NCBI GenBank assembly: GCA_035084275.1
Contig: CM068773.1
Span: 1,798,001-1,862,000 of the forward strand
DNA length: 64,000 nucleotides
Direction: 5' to 3'
Origin: Hydrolagus colliei
Lineage: Eukaryota
Shown here one piece after another: positions 30,042 through 43,574 of the stretch (positions are counted from its first letter, which is position 1; every line of letters begins with the position of its first letter). The translations under genes were made by a program, and so were the position numbers. The notes under the pieces are model-generated. The model had not been told where the DNA came from. It ran no database searches and saw only the letters and a list, made by a program, of their open reading frames with translations.

Positions 30042-30591
30042 GCAAACAACATCGTATAATTCAACAGACCTTGACACCAACATTACAAACATTCTGGACC
30101 TAGAGCACGCATTTCGAAATGTGCGTGCACCGCGACTTCGCGCACATCGTCAGTGCGGACGCACCGTCAATGCGCGCGCACCGCGACTGAGCGCGCACCA
30201 TGAATGTGCGCGCGCCATCAATGCACGCGCACTTCGAATGCACGCGCATGCGCAGTATAAAAACTCGATAGATCGGTTTAAGCAGGTATGAGCAAACCGA
30301 TATATCCATATCCGGAAAAATCCCATATCGCCATTCCCTAGTGTTCAGTGACTTGGGATGTCCTCCCGACGTGAGAGGCTCTCTATGAACAGTATATTCT
30401 GTGAAGCGCTTAGAGAAGTCGATAAGATCAGAAAAGCAGTATATCAAATGCAAGGATTAATATTATTAATGTTATTAATATTAATAATTAATATTAATAA
30501 TATTAATTAATTTTTTCTTTGCAATTGCCTCAAATACAACACAGGTAAGCATTTGCCAAATATAATCTATAAGGAAAAATCTTCGTTATGT

Positions 30592-31619
30592 TGTAACGGA
30601 TCCAAAGTGATCCTTGAAACAGGTTCTGGACTATCACACGTTTCACCCGTGTTGCATTTCGATTTGGTCAACTCATCCATAATCTGCATTCATGTGTTGG
30701 GATATGGAGATACTGTGTTAAAAATGGAAGGAGAATGGAATGCGTATCTAACGTCTTTGAGTGTAAACGAACAACTCTTGCAGGGACAGCAGAGTAATGT
30801 AAACAAGACTCCCTCCTCTCCCAGATTGGACAGAACAAAGAAAGGGACGAAAGATGGAACCGCAAATCTTGGTACCAGCCAGAAAAAATATCAGCTACGG
30901 AGGTTACATACACAGAGTGTTCTTCTCTTGATTGGTACTAAGATAAGGAAGGTACCATGTTTACATTTCTCTGCAACTCCCATTAATATCATTAGACAAG
31001 ACAAAGAAGATGTTAGAACATCAGAGATGAGGATAAGGTTTGGACTGGTCAAGGGTCAGGAGGATTTCTGGGTATAAAGATAGGAGAGAAAGAGTGGCTC
31101 ATTACAACAGTTGGGGAGTGTCTCAGGGTAAACCAAGATCTCCAGCTTGCCACTGTTGTCCAGAACTACTGGAACGGGTCATGGTTCCGTTCCAGTTGTT
31201 TTGTTTTACAGGCAGAGAAGGGTCAGTTAACGAAGGAAAGTTAGAGGAAAGTTAGAAAGAGTGAGTATTGTGAGAAGCCTGAACCTGATTTATGGAGTAA
31301 CAGCTTGAATCCAGCATTGTATTCTACATAGAACTGGTAGTATGATTATTTACTCTTTCATAAGTTAGGTAAAACCGGCGTCTAATTGTTGAAGCCTTTG
31401 TGTATTGTATTGTTTGTGATACATATATGGGTGTAAACCTCGAGTAAGTATTAAAAAGGGTTATAGTCTGACTTAGTATCTGACCAAATGGTTATTGAGA
31501 GATCCGAATACATTCTATGACTCACCCAATAGGGCATCCTAACCAAGTGAGTGGTTGCAAACACTTATGAGGAGAGGTCCGTAGAACTAACCTTCTACAG
31601 GGGTGATCGATCTCTAACA
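30592..31619 (+). mobile_element. Solo LTR, 1028 bp
   Basis: TGTAAC...CTAACA ends; 5-bp TSD TATGT at 30587-30591 and 31620-31624; TATAAA ~31073 followed by ATTAAA ~31450. Confidence 0.75.
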
Positions 31620-34169
31620 TATGTTAATTTCCCCTACTGTAGCACAACTTGCTTTATCATGTCAAAGTGCTTCACACAATATGTTATTTGGATGTGTAGT
31701 AACTGTTGTCAAATATGAAGCCTTTTTAAGGGAATTCCCCAAATACATAGAAAAGGAAAGGACTGTGGGGAACAGGGCGAAACGGTTATCTCTTTCAGAC
31801 ACTCCACACAGGCTCCATGGACTTCTGGGCTGTAGAATTCTGTGATTCTATGAAATGTGACAGCTAATCCACACTGGCAATGTCCCATAAACAGCATTGA
31901 AATTAAAGGCTAAATGTAATGTGTTTTTAGAGGGTTAAATATAAGTGAATGAAGGATTTTGACTTGGACATGAAAGGATCTCCCTGTGTCTCTTCAAAAT
32001 AATGCCATGGGATTTACCTGAATCATGAGAACAAACAGATAGATACTTGACTCAATATTGTATCTGAAGGGCATTGCTCCATCATATCTCCTGTGTTCAA
32101 TTACCCTTCAAGATACAAACATAAGGTTTAAACTAGTACTCAAATCTCTAGTACTCTCAAGTTGTATTTCCTTGACTCATTGATGCAAAGCAATTGGCTT
32201 TCAAGTTTAAAAAAGCTTTCAAATCTTCTAATGCATTTACCTGGAGTGCACTGAGAATGGAGTTCTTATATTTGACTTGTCAAAACAAAATGCTAACAGA
32301 AATCAAATTTCTGAACTGAAGGTAAACGATCTTTCTCTCTCTGTATATATATATATGAATATATATGAATGAATATGAAATGAATTAAGCTTAACCCAGC
32401 AAAAGAAAAGTTCCCATTAGGGATAAGAATGATATATAAATTATACTGTTCATAAGATATTCAGGAGAATGCATAAATTCCTGTGGGAATTACAGATAAG
32501 GTCAGGAAAGGTCATGGAATTTGATGAAACCATCTTAAAAGTAATGAGGACTCATACTATTTCCATGAGTTTTAAATGCAAATTGTAGTTAAAGAAATGA
32601 CTACAATTAGCAGGTTTTCCAAAGAGGAAACTATTCTTTTCCTCTTCAAACTCCTTTCATTTTAAAAACAACATTATTGTTCAATCTTCCCATTCAATTT
32701 ACACATCTGAAAATCACATTCTTATTGAAAAGTGTTCAAAATGACAACATGTTTAAACGTGTGTGGGATTATTAACATGTCCAGATGATGGCAGAATTTC
32801 ATGTAGATACTGTACATCCTCCTGAATATATAACACCCTGAGTGGAATAGGTTGTTTCTCGGTTCCATTCAAATTAGCAGAAAACCGCACAACAATCATT
32901 TAAATGCCAGCAATATTTTAAACAAATCTCTCATGCATCGAAGCTTATACATTCCAATCCTGACAACCAATTAAATTCCCCTCATTTTGTGTTAGAGGGT
33001 AAATGTGACTTGACTGACTATAAAACTGAATAGTACTTGGGAAGTGGAGAGAAGGAGCCAGAGGTGTAAGGCATGTGAAGCACACAATACAGAAATGTAT
33101 CTGAACCTTAAGTATGACAGAGCTGTGTTTTTTCCAGCTTTAGCTTCCACTAAAGTACAGTACAATTCATGTTGTAAAGCTTCGGTTTCAATGAAAAATG
33201 CTCAGATCTACATTCTGCTTGAATCTCAAATCAAACATCCCTGGTATTATTCAGGTAAACCCTCCTTTGCACCCTCTCCATGGACTCATTAATTGAATAT
33301 GGTAATATGGTGCCATTGGCTGAAGACAGGGTGGGAAGAATAGACAGATTTACAAAATAAGTGCGGATTTATTATTGCGTGTTATTTCCTAAAATGTCAG
33401 TCATCAATTTATCGCTGCCATGCACCCACAATATTTTAAGTATTTCAGAATAAGAATCATTAATTCAGTATTTAAAAAAAAGGTTCCTTATCGCATTCCC
33501 TTCTCATTTGACCTTTTTACACTATGTTTTCTCTTGCTTGGGTTTGATTGAGATGAAAATATATTCAGAGTCACTTTGCATTGAGCATAAGCATTGATCC
33601 ACCAACATTGCTGCCTTTTGCCCACAAAATAGTCAATTAGCTCTACAGTATGTCCTGCGAAGCGCTGTGAGACATATCAAAAGGCATGATAGGGCGCTAT
33701 ATCAAATGCAAGGGTTATTATTTATTATTATGTCATTTGACATCTGTCATTTCTAATTCCTTAATTTTTCCTGCTTTGATTTTCTCTCTTTCTCATAAAC
33801 CAAATGTATTTTCATTCTATCTTCTAAAGTAAATCGCATTGATATTGCATTGATTCCAGCACCTTGGGACATCCTCTATCATGAAAGGCATTATGCAATG
33901 TAATTTTGTTGTTGTATTTTTTGTTGTTGATTCCAAGTCCTTCTTTACCTCGATGAAACATTATTATTTTGAGCCCCTGCAGTGAATAATGGCAGGCAAA
34001 ATGAGTAGTAGGCATTCTAACCAAGCCTCATCTTACCTTCTCTCAAATTGCACACCCAGTAAAGCAGACTAGTCTTCAGGGACAGGAACCTTAACCAATT
34101 TTCCTTAGTCTAAGGGTGCTGAAGCCAATTCTAATACCCCTAAATGTTATCCTGGGCCAATGTTCTTCC

Positions 34170-34460
34170 ATGGAGTTCAGTGGTTAGAGCACTCGTCTCA
34201 CAAGCAAGAGAACTAGGTTCAATTCCACGCAGGGCGAAACCTTGGGCAAGTTTCCTTACTCCACATGCCTCTGTTTACCTCGCCATGAGTAGGAACCCAG
34301 TTGTTGGTGGATCGCTTTTCCAGGGGTAATAATCCCTTTTTAAAAATATGGTCACTCAATCCATGACTGTTTGCGGGATATGAAAATGCACAATTTGGCT
34401 CCCAAATACAGTCATAATATTAATAAGGTGCTGTATCAAATGCAAAGATTATTATTAAGT
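34170..34460 (+). mobile_element. tRNA-derived SINE (degenerate)
   Basis: A-box-like CAGTGGTTAGAGC, B-box-like GGTTCAATTCC, CAGGGCGAAAC motif, ATCAAATGCAA...(TTA)n tail. Confidence 0.7.
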
Positions 34461-34967
34461 TCATAGTCCACATGGTCTATGACTGAAATTCTTTTAAAAG
34501 GATAATTACATCCTGAATTCCATTGGAAGCGATAGTATAAATCAACCATTGATTGCATGTGTTTGTGCAAATCTCTTTAAACCACTGACATAAATCTGGA
34601 AACCGCGTTTATCCTGTCGAAATCAACAGATGTTTTCGCAGAGCTGGTGTAAAAAAAGTAGAAAGTTACAAGAGCAACATCCTCCTACTTGTTTTGCAAG
34701 CAATTGGCATGAAATGGAAAGTGATCTCAGCATCTGATAATCAGGCAAAACAAAACTTACTTTCAGCTGACGTTTCTGTGATTTCCTGGGTAACAAGACC
34801 TGCAATAAAACTTTTGATAAAGTTTAACATGTCTTAATTGTTAATTGACGTTTAACCTTCTGCAGTGTTCTGGTCGTTGTGTAGGTTCAAGCTGTTATTT
34901 ATTGTACATTACTCGGCAGCCAGCCATTTGCTCCAAGACAATGTTTCTCTGTACTGCTCTCTCATGT

Positions 34968-35285
34968 GGAGTCGCATAGCTCAATGGTTAGAGCACTCGC
35001 CTTACAAGCGTAAGACCTGCGTTTGAATCCAGGCAGGGCGAAACTGTGGACAAGTTTCCTTACTCCACATGCCTAATAATAATCGCTCCAAAAAAAACAC
35101 ACTGTAATAAAATTGGTCATTTTCAATTCACGAATGTTTGTGGGACCCTGCTGTGTGCAATTGGCAGCCGCATTTCTCCCACAAATATACAGTTAATTCA
35201 CTCTGCAGTATATTCTGTGAAGCGCTTTGAGACATCTTGAACACGTGAAAAGTGCTATATCAAATGAAAGGATTTTTATTATATA
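34968..35285 (+). mobile_element. tRNA-derived SINE
   Basis: TAGCTCAATGGTTAGAGC A box, GTTTGAATCC B box, shared core and L2-like tail. Confidence 0.75.
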
Positions 35286-36064
35286 TTCTGGTAGCTGGCT
35301 GGAGAATGGGATTGCAGACATCCTGGATCAAAACTCCTGTGAAGGACAACCCGCAACAAAACAGTGTTCGAATTGTTATCCAACTTGAGGAACGCTAAAT
35401 AAACGCAACTTGTTTTTGCACACCCTTGAGATGCCTGCATGCCTTTTTGAACCACTTTCTCTTGGGTGTGATTTGAATTATTTGATGGATTTCACAGAAC
35501 AGTGCAAACGTGAGCAGGTATTTACAGTGTGAGCACATTGCTGGAAGCTGCCATCTATGACTCTTCTACTTTCTTTGACCCAAGTGTGAAGCCTCTTCAT
35601 AGAATTATTCGGCACAGAAGGCCATTCGGAACATCATGACTGTGCTGGCTCTTTGAAAAGTGCTGTCCCAAGCAATTTTATTCCCCTGCTCTCTGCCCAT
35701 AGGCCTGCAAACTTGTCCTCCCCAAATAACTATCTATTTCTCTGTAAAAAGTTGTTAATTCAGTCGGCTTTAATGTCTGCTCAAGAAATGTTCCATTTGC
35801 AGGCTTACAATTGTAAGGTTCACCGGAAAGAGACTTTACCCAATGCAGGTGGTCTGGATTATATGTCTTTTAATATTATACACAATTCAAAGGTTAATGC
35901 TTTAACAGGTACAATTATTATATTGTTAAGTTACATTAAAGCAGTAAGATTCAACAAAACCCATATTATCTGATTCCATCGGAGAAATCGATGACCACCA
36001 GCTGCCTCACTGCTGTTCCTCCTACAATGATTCCAACATTTTCAAGGTTACATTGTTCCTTTAT

Positions 36065-37007
36065 ATGATCTGGACTTGGATGTAGGGAGTACAGTTTCCA
36101 AGTTTGCAGCTGACACTAAGTTAGGGAGAATAGTAAATAGTGAGGAGGATAGTAGCCATCTGCAAGAGGATATAGACAAATTGGTAAAGTGGGCAGACAC
36201 ATGGCAGATGAAGTTTAATGCAGAGAAGTGTGAGGTGATGCATTTTGGGAGAAGAAATGAAGAGAGGCAATATAGGCTAGATAGTACAATTTTAAATGGT
36301 GTGAAGGAACAGAGAGACCTGGGGATTTGTGTTAGTGACTCGTTGAAGGTGGCAGGACAGGTAGACAAGGCTGTTAAGAAGGCATATGGGATACTAGGCT
36401 TTATAAATAGGGGTATAGAGTACAAAAGTCAGGAAGTGCTGACTAACCTCTATAAGAATTTGGTGAGGCCTCAGCTGGAATACTGTGTTCAATTCTGGTC
36501 ACCACACTACAGAAAGGATGTGAAGACATTGGAAAGGGTACAAAGAAGATTTACTAGGATGGTGCCAGGATTGAGGGACTTCACCTATGAGGAGAGGCTA
36601 GATAGGCTAGGGTTATTCTCTCTGGAGCAGAGAAGATTGAGGGGAGACCTAATAGAGGTTTATAAGATCATGAGGGGTTTCGACAGGGCAAATAGAGAAA
36701 AACTATTTCCACTCGTGGGCGAATCTGTACCTCGTGGTCACAGATTTAAAATAGTTTCAAGGCGAAGTAGAAGGAAGCTGAGGAGAATGTTTTTCACTCA
36801 GCGAGTTGTTCGAATCTGGAATGCATTGCCTGAAAAGTTGGTGGAGGCTGATTCGATAACAACTTTTAAAAGGGAATAAGATCTTTATTTAGGGAGAACA
36901 GGTCTATTAGGCTATGGGGAGCGGGCAGGGCAGTGGGATTGAATCGCTCTTTTCAAAGAGCCGACACAAACTAGATGGGCCGAATGGCCTCCTTTTGTGC
37001 TGTAAAA
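36065..37007 (+). mobile_element. CR1 LINE, 5'-truncated (RT C-terminal part, premature TAA at 36879)
   Basis: Highly similar to ~23255-24197. Confidence 0.92.
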
Positions 37008-38526
37008 TAGAATCATAGAATTTTACGGCACAAAAGGAGGCCATTCGGCCCATCTAGTCTGTGCCGGCTCTTTGAAAAGAGCGATTCAATCCCATTGCCC
37101 TGCCCGCTCCCCATAGCCTAATAGACCCGTTCTTCCTAAATAAAGATCTAATTCCCTTTTAAAAGTTGTTATCGAATCAGCCTCCACCACCTTTTCAGGC
37201 AATGCATTCCAGATTCGAACAACTCGCTGAGTGAAAAAATTTCTCCTCAGCTCCCCTCTACTGCGCCTTGAAACTATTTTAAATCTGTGACCACGAGTCA
37301 CAGATTCACCCACGAGTGGAAATAGTTTTTCTCTATTTGCCCTGTCGAAACCCCTCAATCTTCTCTGCTCCAGAGAGAATAACCCTAGCCTATCTAGCCT
37401 CTCCTCATAGCTGAAGTCCCTCAATCCCGGCACCATCCTAGTAAATCTTCGTTGTACCCTTTCCAATGCCTTCACATCCTTTCTGTAGTGTGGTGACCAG
37501 AATTGAACACAGTATTCCAGCTGAGGCCTCACCAAAGTCCTATAGAGGTTAGTCAGCACTTCCTGACTTTTGTACTCTATACCCCTATTTATAAAGCCTA
37601 GTATCCCATATGCCTTCTTAACAGCCTTGTCTACCTGTCCTGCCACCTTCAACGAGTCACTAACACAAATCCCCAGGTCTCTCTGTTCCTTCACACCATT
37701 TAAAATTGTACTATCTAGCCTATATTGCCTCCCTTCATTTCTTCTCCCAAAATGCATCACCTCACACTTCTCTGCATTAAACTTCATCTGCCATGTGTCT
37801 GCCCACTTTACCAATTTGTCTATATCCTCTTGCAGATGGCTACTATCCTCCTCACTGTTTACTATTCTCCCTATCTTAGTGTCATCTGCAAACTTGGAAA
37901 CTGTACTCCGTACACCCAAGTCCAGATCATTGATGTAGATTACAAACAGCAATGGTCCCAAAACCGATCCCTGTGGCACACCACTGCTCACTTCCCTCCA
38001 ATCTGAAAAACAGCCGCTCACTACAACTCTCTGCTTTCTGTCTCGCAGCCAGTTGTGGATCCACGCTGCCACTGTCCCTTTTACGCCATGGGCCTTTAAT
38101 TTCATAATAAGTCTCTCATGTGGCACTTTGTCAAATGCCTTTTGAAAGTCCATGTAAACTACATCAACTGCGCTACCATTATCCACCCATTCCGTTACCT
38201 CATCAAAAAATTCTATCAGATTTGTAAGGCAAGATTTGCCTTTAACAAATCCATGTTGACTGTCCTTTATTAGCCTATATCTTTCTAAGTGAAGATCTAC
38301 CTTGTCCCTGATTATGGACTCTAGAAGTTTGCCCACTACCGACGTTAGACTGACTGGTCTGTAGTTACCAGGCTTGTCCTTCTGCCCCTTTTTATACAAG
38401 GGAGTAACATTAGCTATCCTCCAGTCCTCTGGCACGACCCCTGTGTCCAAGGAAGATTGAAAGATCGTGGCCAGAGTCCCTGCTATTTGCTCCCGTGCCT
38501 CACTTAGTAACCTAGGGTGCATCCCA
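37008..38526 (-). mobile_element. CR1 LINE, 5'-truncated, minus strand
   Basis: ORF 37086-38537 nearly identical to the CR1 RT; (CATAGAAT) tail at 37008-37021. Confidence 0.93.
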
Positions 38527-39007
38527 CATGTCATCAAATTCTTTAACGATCTCTCCCAAGCACACTGGAAGGCACCAAGTGTTCCATTTAATCAGGACAA
38601 TGCCTTTTAAATTAAATGTAGATTATTTTGTATCAACACAATGTACATTTGATTTAATTGAGACAGACTGTTAGGCGCCATCCTTCCAAATAAGGAAAGG
38701 AATAACACCTACCCATCAAGTCTTCATAAAACACATCACAGCATTAATAGACCTCATTCCATTCGGTTCAAATTCTCTCTCCCAGTGCTTAAGATCAGTC
38801 AAGATAATGCTCCCAGTCCTTACAGATAACCTGGGTATCAAACAATGATTTAACTTTAAACTTACAGTCCCCACTTTGAGATTGAGAAAACAAGGTTTTC
38901 GATCTCTCATTTATTTATTAAGGTGGGTAACTGTAAATGATCTGCAACCAGGTAGCCATTGATAGGGAGCGCAAATAACATTAACACACAATCACTCTAA
39001 ATGAAAT

Positions 39008-39600
39008 GACAATAACAACAACTTGGATTTATATAGCGCCCTCCCATGCTGTCGGCATCTCAGAGTGCTTCCCAATAACAGATCCCAAGGTCGAGCCAGC
39101 GGGAGGGGGAAGAAGGTGACCAAAAGTGTGGTCGAAAAGAAAGGTTTTTTGCCAAGACCTGAAAGTAGGAAGAGAAGGGGTGAGGCTATAAGAAGAGCTT
39201 TAACATCTTTATTAAAATATTATTATGAGTTGCCGATGGATCCATCGAAGAGAAGAGACTTGAAGCGAGACTTGAAGAAGGCCAGGGTAAGGACGAGAAG
39301 GAGGGACTGCGGGATGGAATTCCAGAGGTTATGGGCAGAATGGCTAAAGGCTCGACCAAAAACGGTGGGGCGGGTTAGTTGGGGGACGTGGAGCAGGCCA
39401 GAACCTGCTGAGGGGAGGGGGCGGGCAGGTTGGTAAGAGGTCACGGATGTATGGTGGGTCGAGGTTATGGAGGGCTTTAAATGTGAGGACCAGTATCTTG
39501 AATTGGATCTTCTGGATAATGGGGAGTCAAAAGGAGTCGGGCAAGGATGGGGGAGATGGGGTCAAGGAGTTTGGAATGGTAGAGGCCATGAGTTCTGGAG
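39008..39600 (-). mobile_element. L2 LINE 3' fragment
   Basis: RPTVFGRAFSHSAHNLWNSIP...FKSRFKSLLF in translation; (CAA)n tail. Confidence 0.75.
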
Positions 39601-39807
39601 ACTGGAAGCAGACTGGCAGGCACCAAATGTTCCAATTATTCAAGACAATGTCCAGTTAACTCAAAGCCACAAATTTCTGATCTTGTGAATGTTGACTTGT
39701 GGGTTGGTCTTCTCAGTTGATTACAGAGTTTTTTTGTATCAACACAATGTCCATTTGATTTACTTTTGTTTGGCACCATCCTTTCCAAATAAGGAAAGGA
39801 ATAACAC

Positions 39808-39910
39808 TTGAAACAAAAACAGAAATCGCTGGGAACACTCAGCAGGTCAGGCAACATCTATGGAGAAAGGAAAAGTGAGTCAACATTTTGGGTCCACGAC
39901 CCTTTGTCAG
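39808..39910 (-). mobile_element. Penelope-like pLTR fragment with 12-bp TSD
   Basis: Similar to 45546-45650; flanked by AAGGAATAACAC at 39796-39807 and 39911-39922. Confidence 0.7.
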
Positions 39911-42900
39911 AAGGAATAACACCTGCTATTAAGTCTTCATCAAACGTATCACAGAACTCAAAAGCACAGATCTCTCTCTATTCGGTTCAAATTCTCTCTC
40001 ACGTTGCTTAAGGTCAATCAAGATACTCCTCCCAGTCCTCACACACATCCTGGGTATCAAACAATGTTTATAACCTTAATCTTACACAATGGAACAATTA
40101 AGTTTAGATTTAATGATCAGCAACTCATTGGCCCTATTCTACCAAGTACCATTCTCATGATCTTAACTCTGATTCAGATAGTAATTAATACAGATAAGGA
40201 AGTGCTTTCCATGAGGCAAATCTGAATGGTTTTCAATCAACAGATTGTTATTGCCAAATGATGGGTGTATCCTCACTATACAGATTCCCTTAGATTATGG
40301 AAAATAAACTGATATAGTAATTTGTAACATACTAATAGGGATAGGAATCCATGGGCTGAAGCTTCTCATAATCGTAGTCTTTAAAGCACTGTCTTAAAAT
40401 TTAAGATCTTATTAAATTTTGGTAAAAGTGTTAACATAATCTGAATTAAGGAGTTTTCTCCCAGTGCTTAATAAGATATTTTATGCCTCTGACTGGAAGT
40501 GATAATAGTACTAGATATGGGAACATCTGTATTTCTGGAACTGGAGTGACTCACGTTTCTCCATCAAAGTTATTATCAATATATCCAGGATACAATACAA
40601 ATCCTTTGCGTTTACATTGAAGGTGAGTCTTGAATTAGCACTGACAGCAGCAGTAGATGTCTAAAAACACAAAAATTAAGAAAGGGTTTCTTAAATTGCA
40701 TTTCAGTCTTGAGGAACTGCAGTGAAAGGCAATTTATTTGGAGCAGCAGAAAGGTCATGCAATGTTTCTTAGTGGCTGAAGGAATATCAAAGGGCAAGAA
40801 AATAGACTAGCAATCAATCAATCAATCAAAAAGTACATTGATATAGTGCCTTTCACGTCGAGAGGACGTCCTAAGGCGCTATGTGGTTAGGTAGGGACAA
40901 GTGCAGGGCGGGGAGGGGTAGGATTAAGACGAATGGGAAAATTGACCATTTGTGGGCGAATCACGGCAGCCAAATTGTGTACAGCTGTGTCCCACAAACA
41001 GTCATAGAAGTGGGATTAGGGGAAAAGGGGGGAAAAGATGGTAAGGGGAGGGGTCAGGGTAGGGAGAAGGAGAACAGGAAAGCCGACTGTATCCTTCAAA
41101 TTGCGCACAGCAGTGTCCCACAAACAGTTGCGAAAATGGGGCCAAGGGTGTATTGTCACACTTGGTGCCTTCATAGCTAAAAATGTGCAGAAAGCATATG
41201 AAGCACACTCAAGTTATTCATTGATTATGGATAGTGCTCAGCACTACAATAACTGCCAACTGCTGCCGTACCTGGCCTGCGAGCGTTCAACAGTGACAAC
41301 TGCCAACAATGTATCATATGTGAAGTTTGGATGAAGAAAGTACTTTTGGCTCATTTGATCCCATGCTTCCACAATTCAGCCTTCCCAGCTACAGTGGCAA
41401 GCTTCTTATACCAGTCTAGATTACTGGCTTCGGAACCACCCTGTTCTGGTTGTCAATTCCCCTATTGCATTTCAGTCTTTGAAAACTACAGTAACAAGCA
41501 ATTCATTTGAAACAGAAGGCAATGGAGTGGCTGATGAGAATGCTAAAGGACAACAGTGTAGATATGTTATTGTCATATGTGATGTTCCGCATGACTATTG
41601 TCCGATGATTGAGCCTTCTAACTACTAACATACTGTTGCTCTCATATTCTTCTCACAAGCCTCCGTCATAAGTAATTCTCATGTTTAATTGTCATGATGT
41701 CTGCCCCAGAATATTGTCTCTGCAACCCTAAACCTGTTTCCTCTTATTCTGCTGCCTTGGTGTTTCTGAATGTCCTGTTCTCCACTTACTCTGTTAGTTT
41801 TGCAAATGAGAGATGTTTATTTTTAAGGTGAAATAAATAAATAATAATAATATAATAATAATCCTTGCATTTGATACAGCGCTTTTCCCATCTTATCACC
41901 ATCTCATAGATGTCAAAAATAACCCGAGTTAAGTCTAATGATTGCTCACAGCTAATTCCTCTAACACCAGAGATTTCCCAGGTGTCTCTACTGCAACGAA
42001 ACTCCTGCAGCATCGCCTTGGTTTGATCGGGATGTCATGAGCTTGATCCAACATCAGCCCACCATCCTCCCAGAAGGAACACAAACCTATCCCTGGCTCA
42101 TAGAATTGCTTGTGTGGATCTAGCTGTGCTGCAGTCATTTGGCTCCTGTTAACTAAGCCTGCAAGCCAAAGTTCTGAATGGTTGGATGGTCCAAGATAGA
42201 CGTGCAGCAGGAAGCCCAGCACACAGTGTTCTCAGTGACAAGCTATGTGGTTTCAAATGGTTGACGGCTGGCGATGACCTCAATGCTCACTCCTGGGTCT
42301 CCAAGCCTTCGCTCTGGCCAACCTATACCTTATACAGTACTTTCCGGAATTGGGCAAGCAGCGTGGAGACACGAGTGTTATTCTACAGCATCCATCCCCA
42401 ACACTTTTAGTGAAATCAATGCTAAAATCTGCTCCCTTCCCCCACTTCCTCCCTGCCCCATATCCATAATAGTAAAGCCATTAGGTTTTCTCAGTCTGTG
42501 TGGAATGAAACTGCTCAACCCCACCCACACACACACATACCTTAAACAAGATCCAAGAAACATTTGCTGTGTGCCGACATGACAGAATTGCTCATTAATA
42601 AGCCTCCCATGATGTAACAGCCCACACGCCCAATTTATCTGCCATTTATCACTCAATTTGCTAACAGTTAAGTGAGTAACAGAGTGTCAACTGGTGACAC
42701 ATTTCACCCACCACAACCATCCCCCTTTCCCTTGCTTCATAGTAAAACATTGACAGAGTGGGTGGGGAAGAAGGAAAGAGAGATGAGGCCATAAAAAGGG
42801 AATGGGTTCTCTCATTCATTGGCTCCACACAGCAACAAGTCGAGACTCAGAGAACAAATTGCATTTCGACTCAACACAACGGGGGGAAGTTGCTGGGAAA

Positions 42901-43024
42901 AGTTGGCTGTGAATTTGTAGCGGAAGAAAACAAGCTCGGGGAAAAAAAAGTAGGAGGGGAGCGATAGCTTTCAGTGAGATCCTTCCAGCGACTGCAGAGT
43001 CAGAGCAATAGCTGGAGAGTCAAC

Positions 43025-43115
43025 ATGTCCAATACACTGGTGGTCATCGCCACTCTCCCCCTCCTCCTCCTCCTCATACAGGTCCACTGTCAAGATATCC
43101 CCATCTACAAACCAA
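43025..43115 (+). CDS. First coding exon (signal peptide) of a secreted Kunitz-type protease inhibitor
   Basis: AACATGT start; MSNTLVVIATLPLLLLLIQVHC-QDIPIYKP; donor GTAAG at 43116, phase 1, compatible with the exon at 49022. Confidence 0.7.
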
Positions 43116-43574
43116 GTAAGAAGGGCTTCAGGGCAGTTTTCGATCTGATTTGTTTTTTTAAAAATTCTTATTGCTGTATTTTGTTGTCTTTAGCACACAG
43201 TATTTTAAAGACGACAAAATAGATATTTTAAAATATGTAAAATAGATAAAAGATAACAAAATAATATATTTAAAAAAATATATTGGAAAAAGATTCTCAT
43301 TTGTATTTGTATGGAAACCTTCTCATCTGACTTGATGTCTTGCATTGCTCAGTTGCCAGTTTAAAAAACAACAATCAGACTGTTCCAAGCCGGACAGTTG
43401 GATGTATTTATTTATGTATCTATCCATTTATTTATACATGCTCCTTCACTTGGTGGGGGGAGAGAGAAAGTGAGAGATGTGGGTGGGGTGGGGACACTGG
43501 GCAAAGACTAATCAGAGCCAGTGAATCTAAACTACAGTTTAAGCTGTAAGGAGTCTAATATGTTTAAATGATAA

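Larger units (their letters stand above)
28320..30340 (+). mobile_element. hAT DNA transposon, internally deleted (non-autonomous)
   Basis: 14-bp TIRs TAGGGAATGGCGAT / ATCGCCATTCCCTA; perfect 8-bp TSD GTGTTCAG at 28312-28319 and 30341-30348; GCGCGCAC-rich subterminal repeats. Confidence 0.93.

Noticed and set aside
29273-30092. ORFs of 181-263 aa
   Set aside because: Translations of a GA repeat and the N gap
34968-35045. tRNA genes (also at 52357 and 58020)
   Set aside because: Degenerate tRNA-like heads followed by a SINE core and tail
40697-41555. Two similar segments after TTTCAG as duplicated exons
   Set aside because: No shared recognisable reading frame or clear donors
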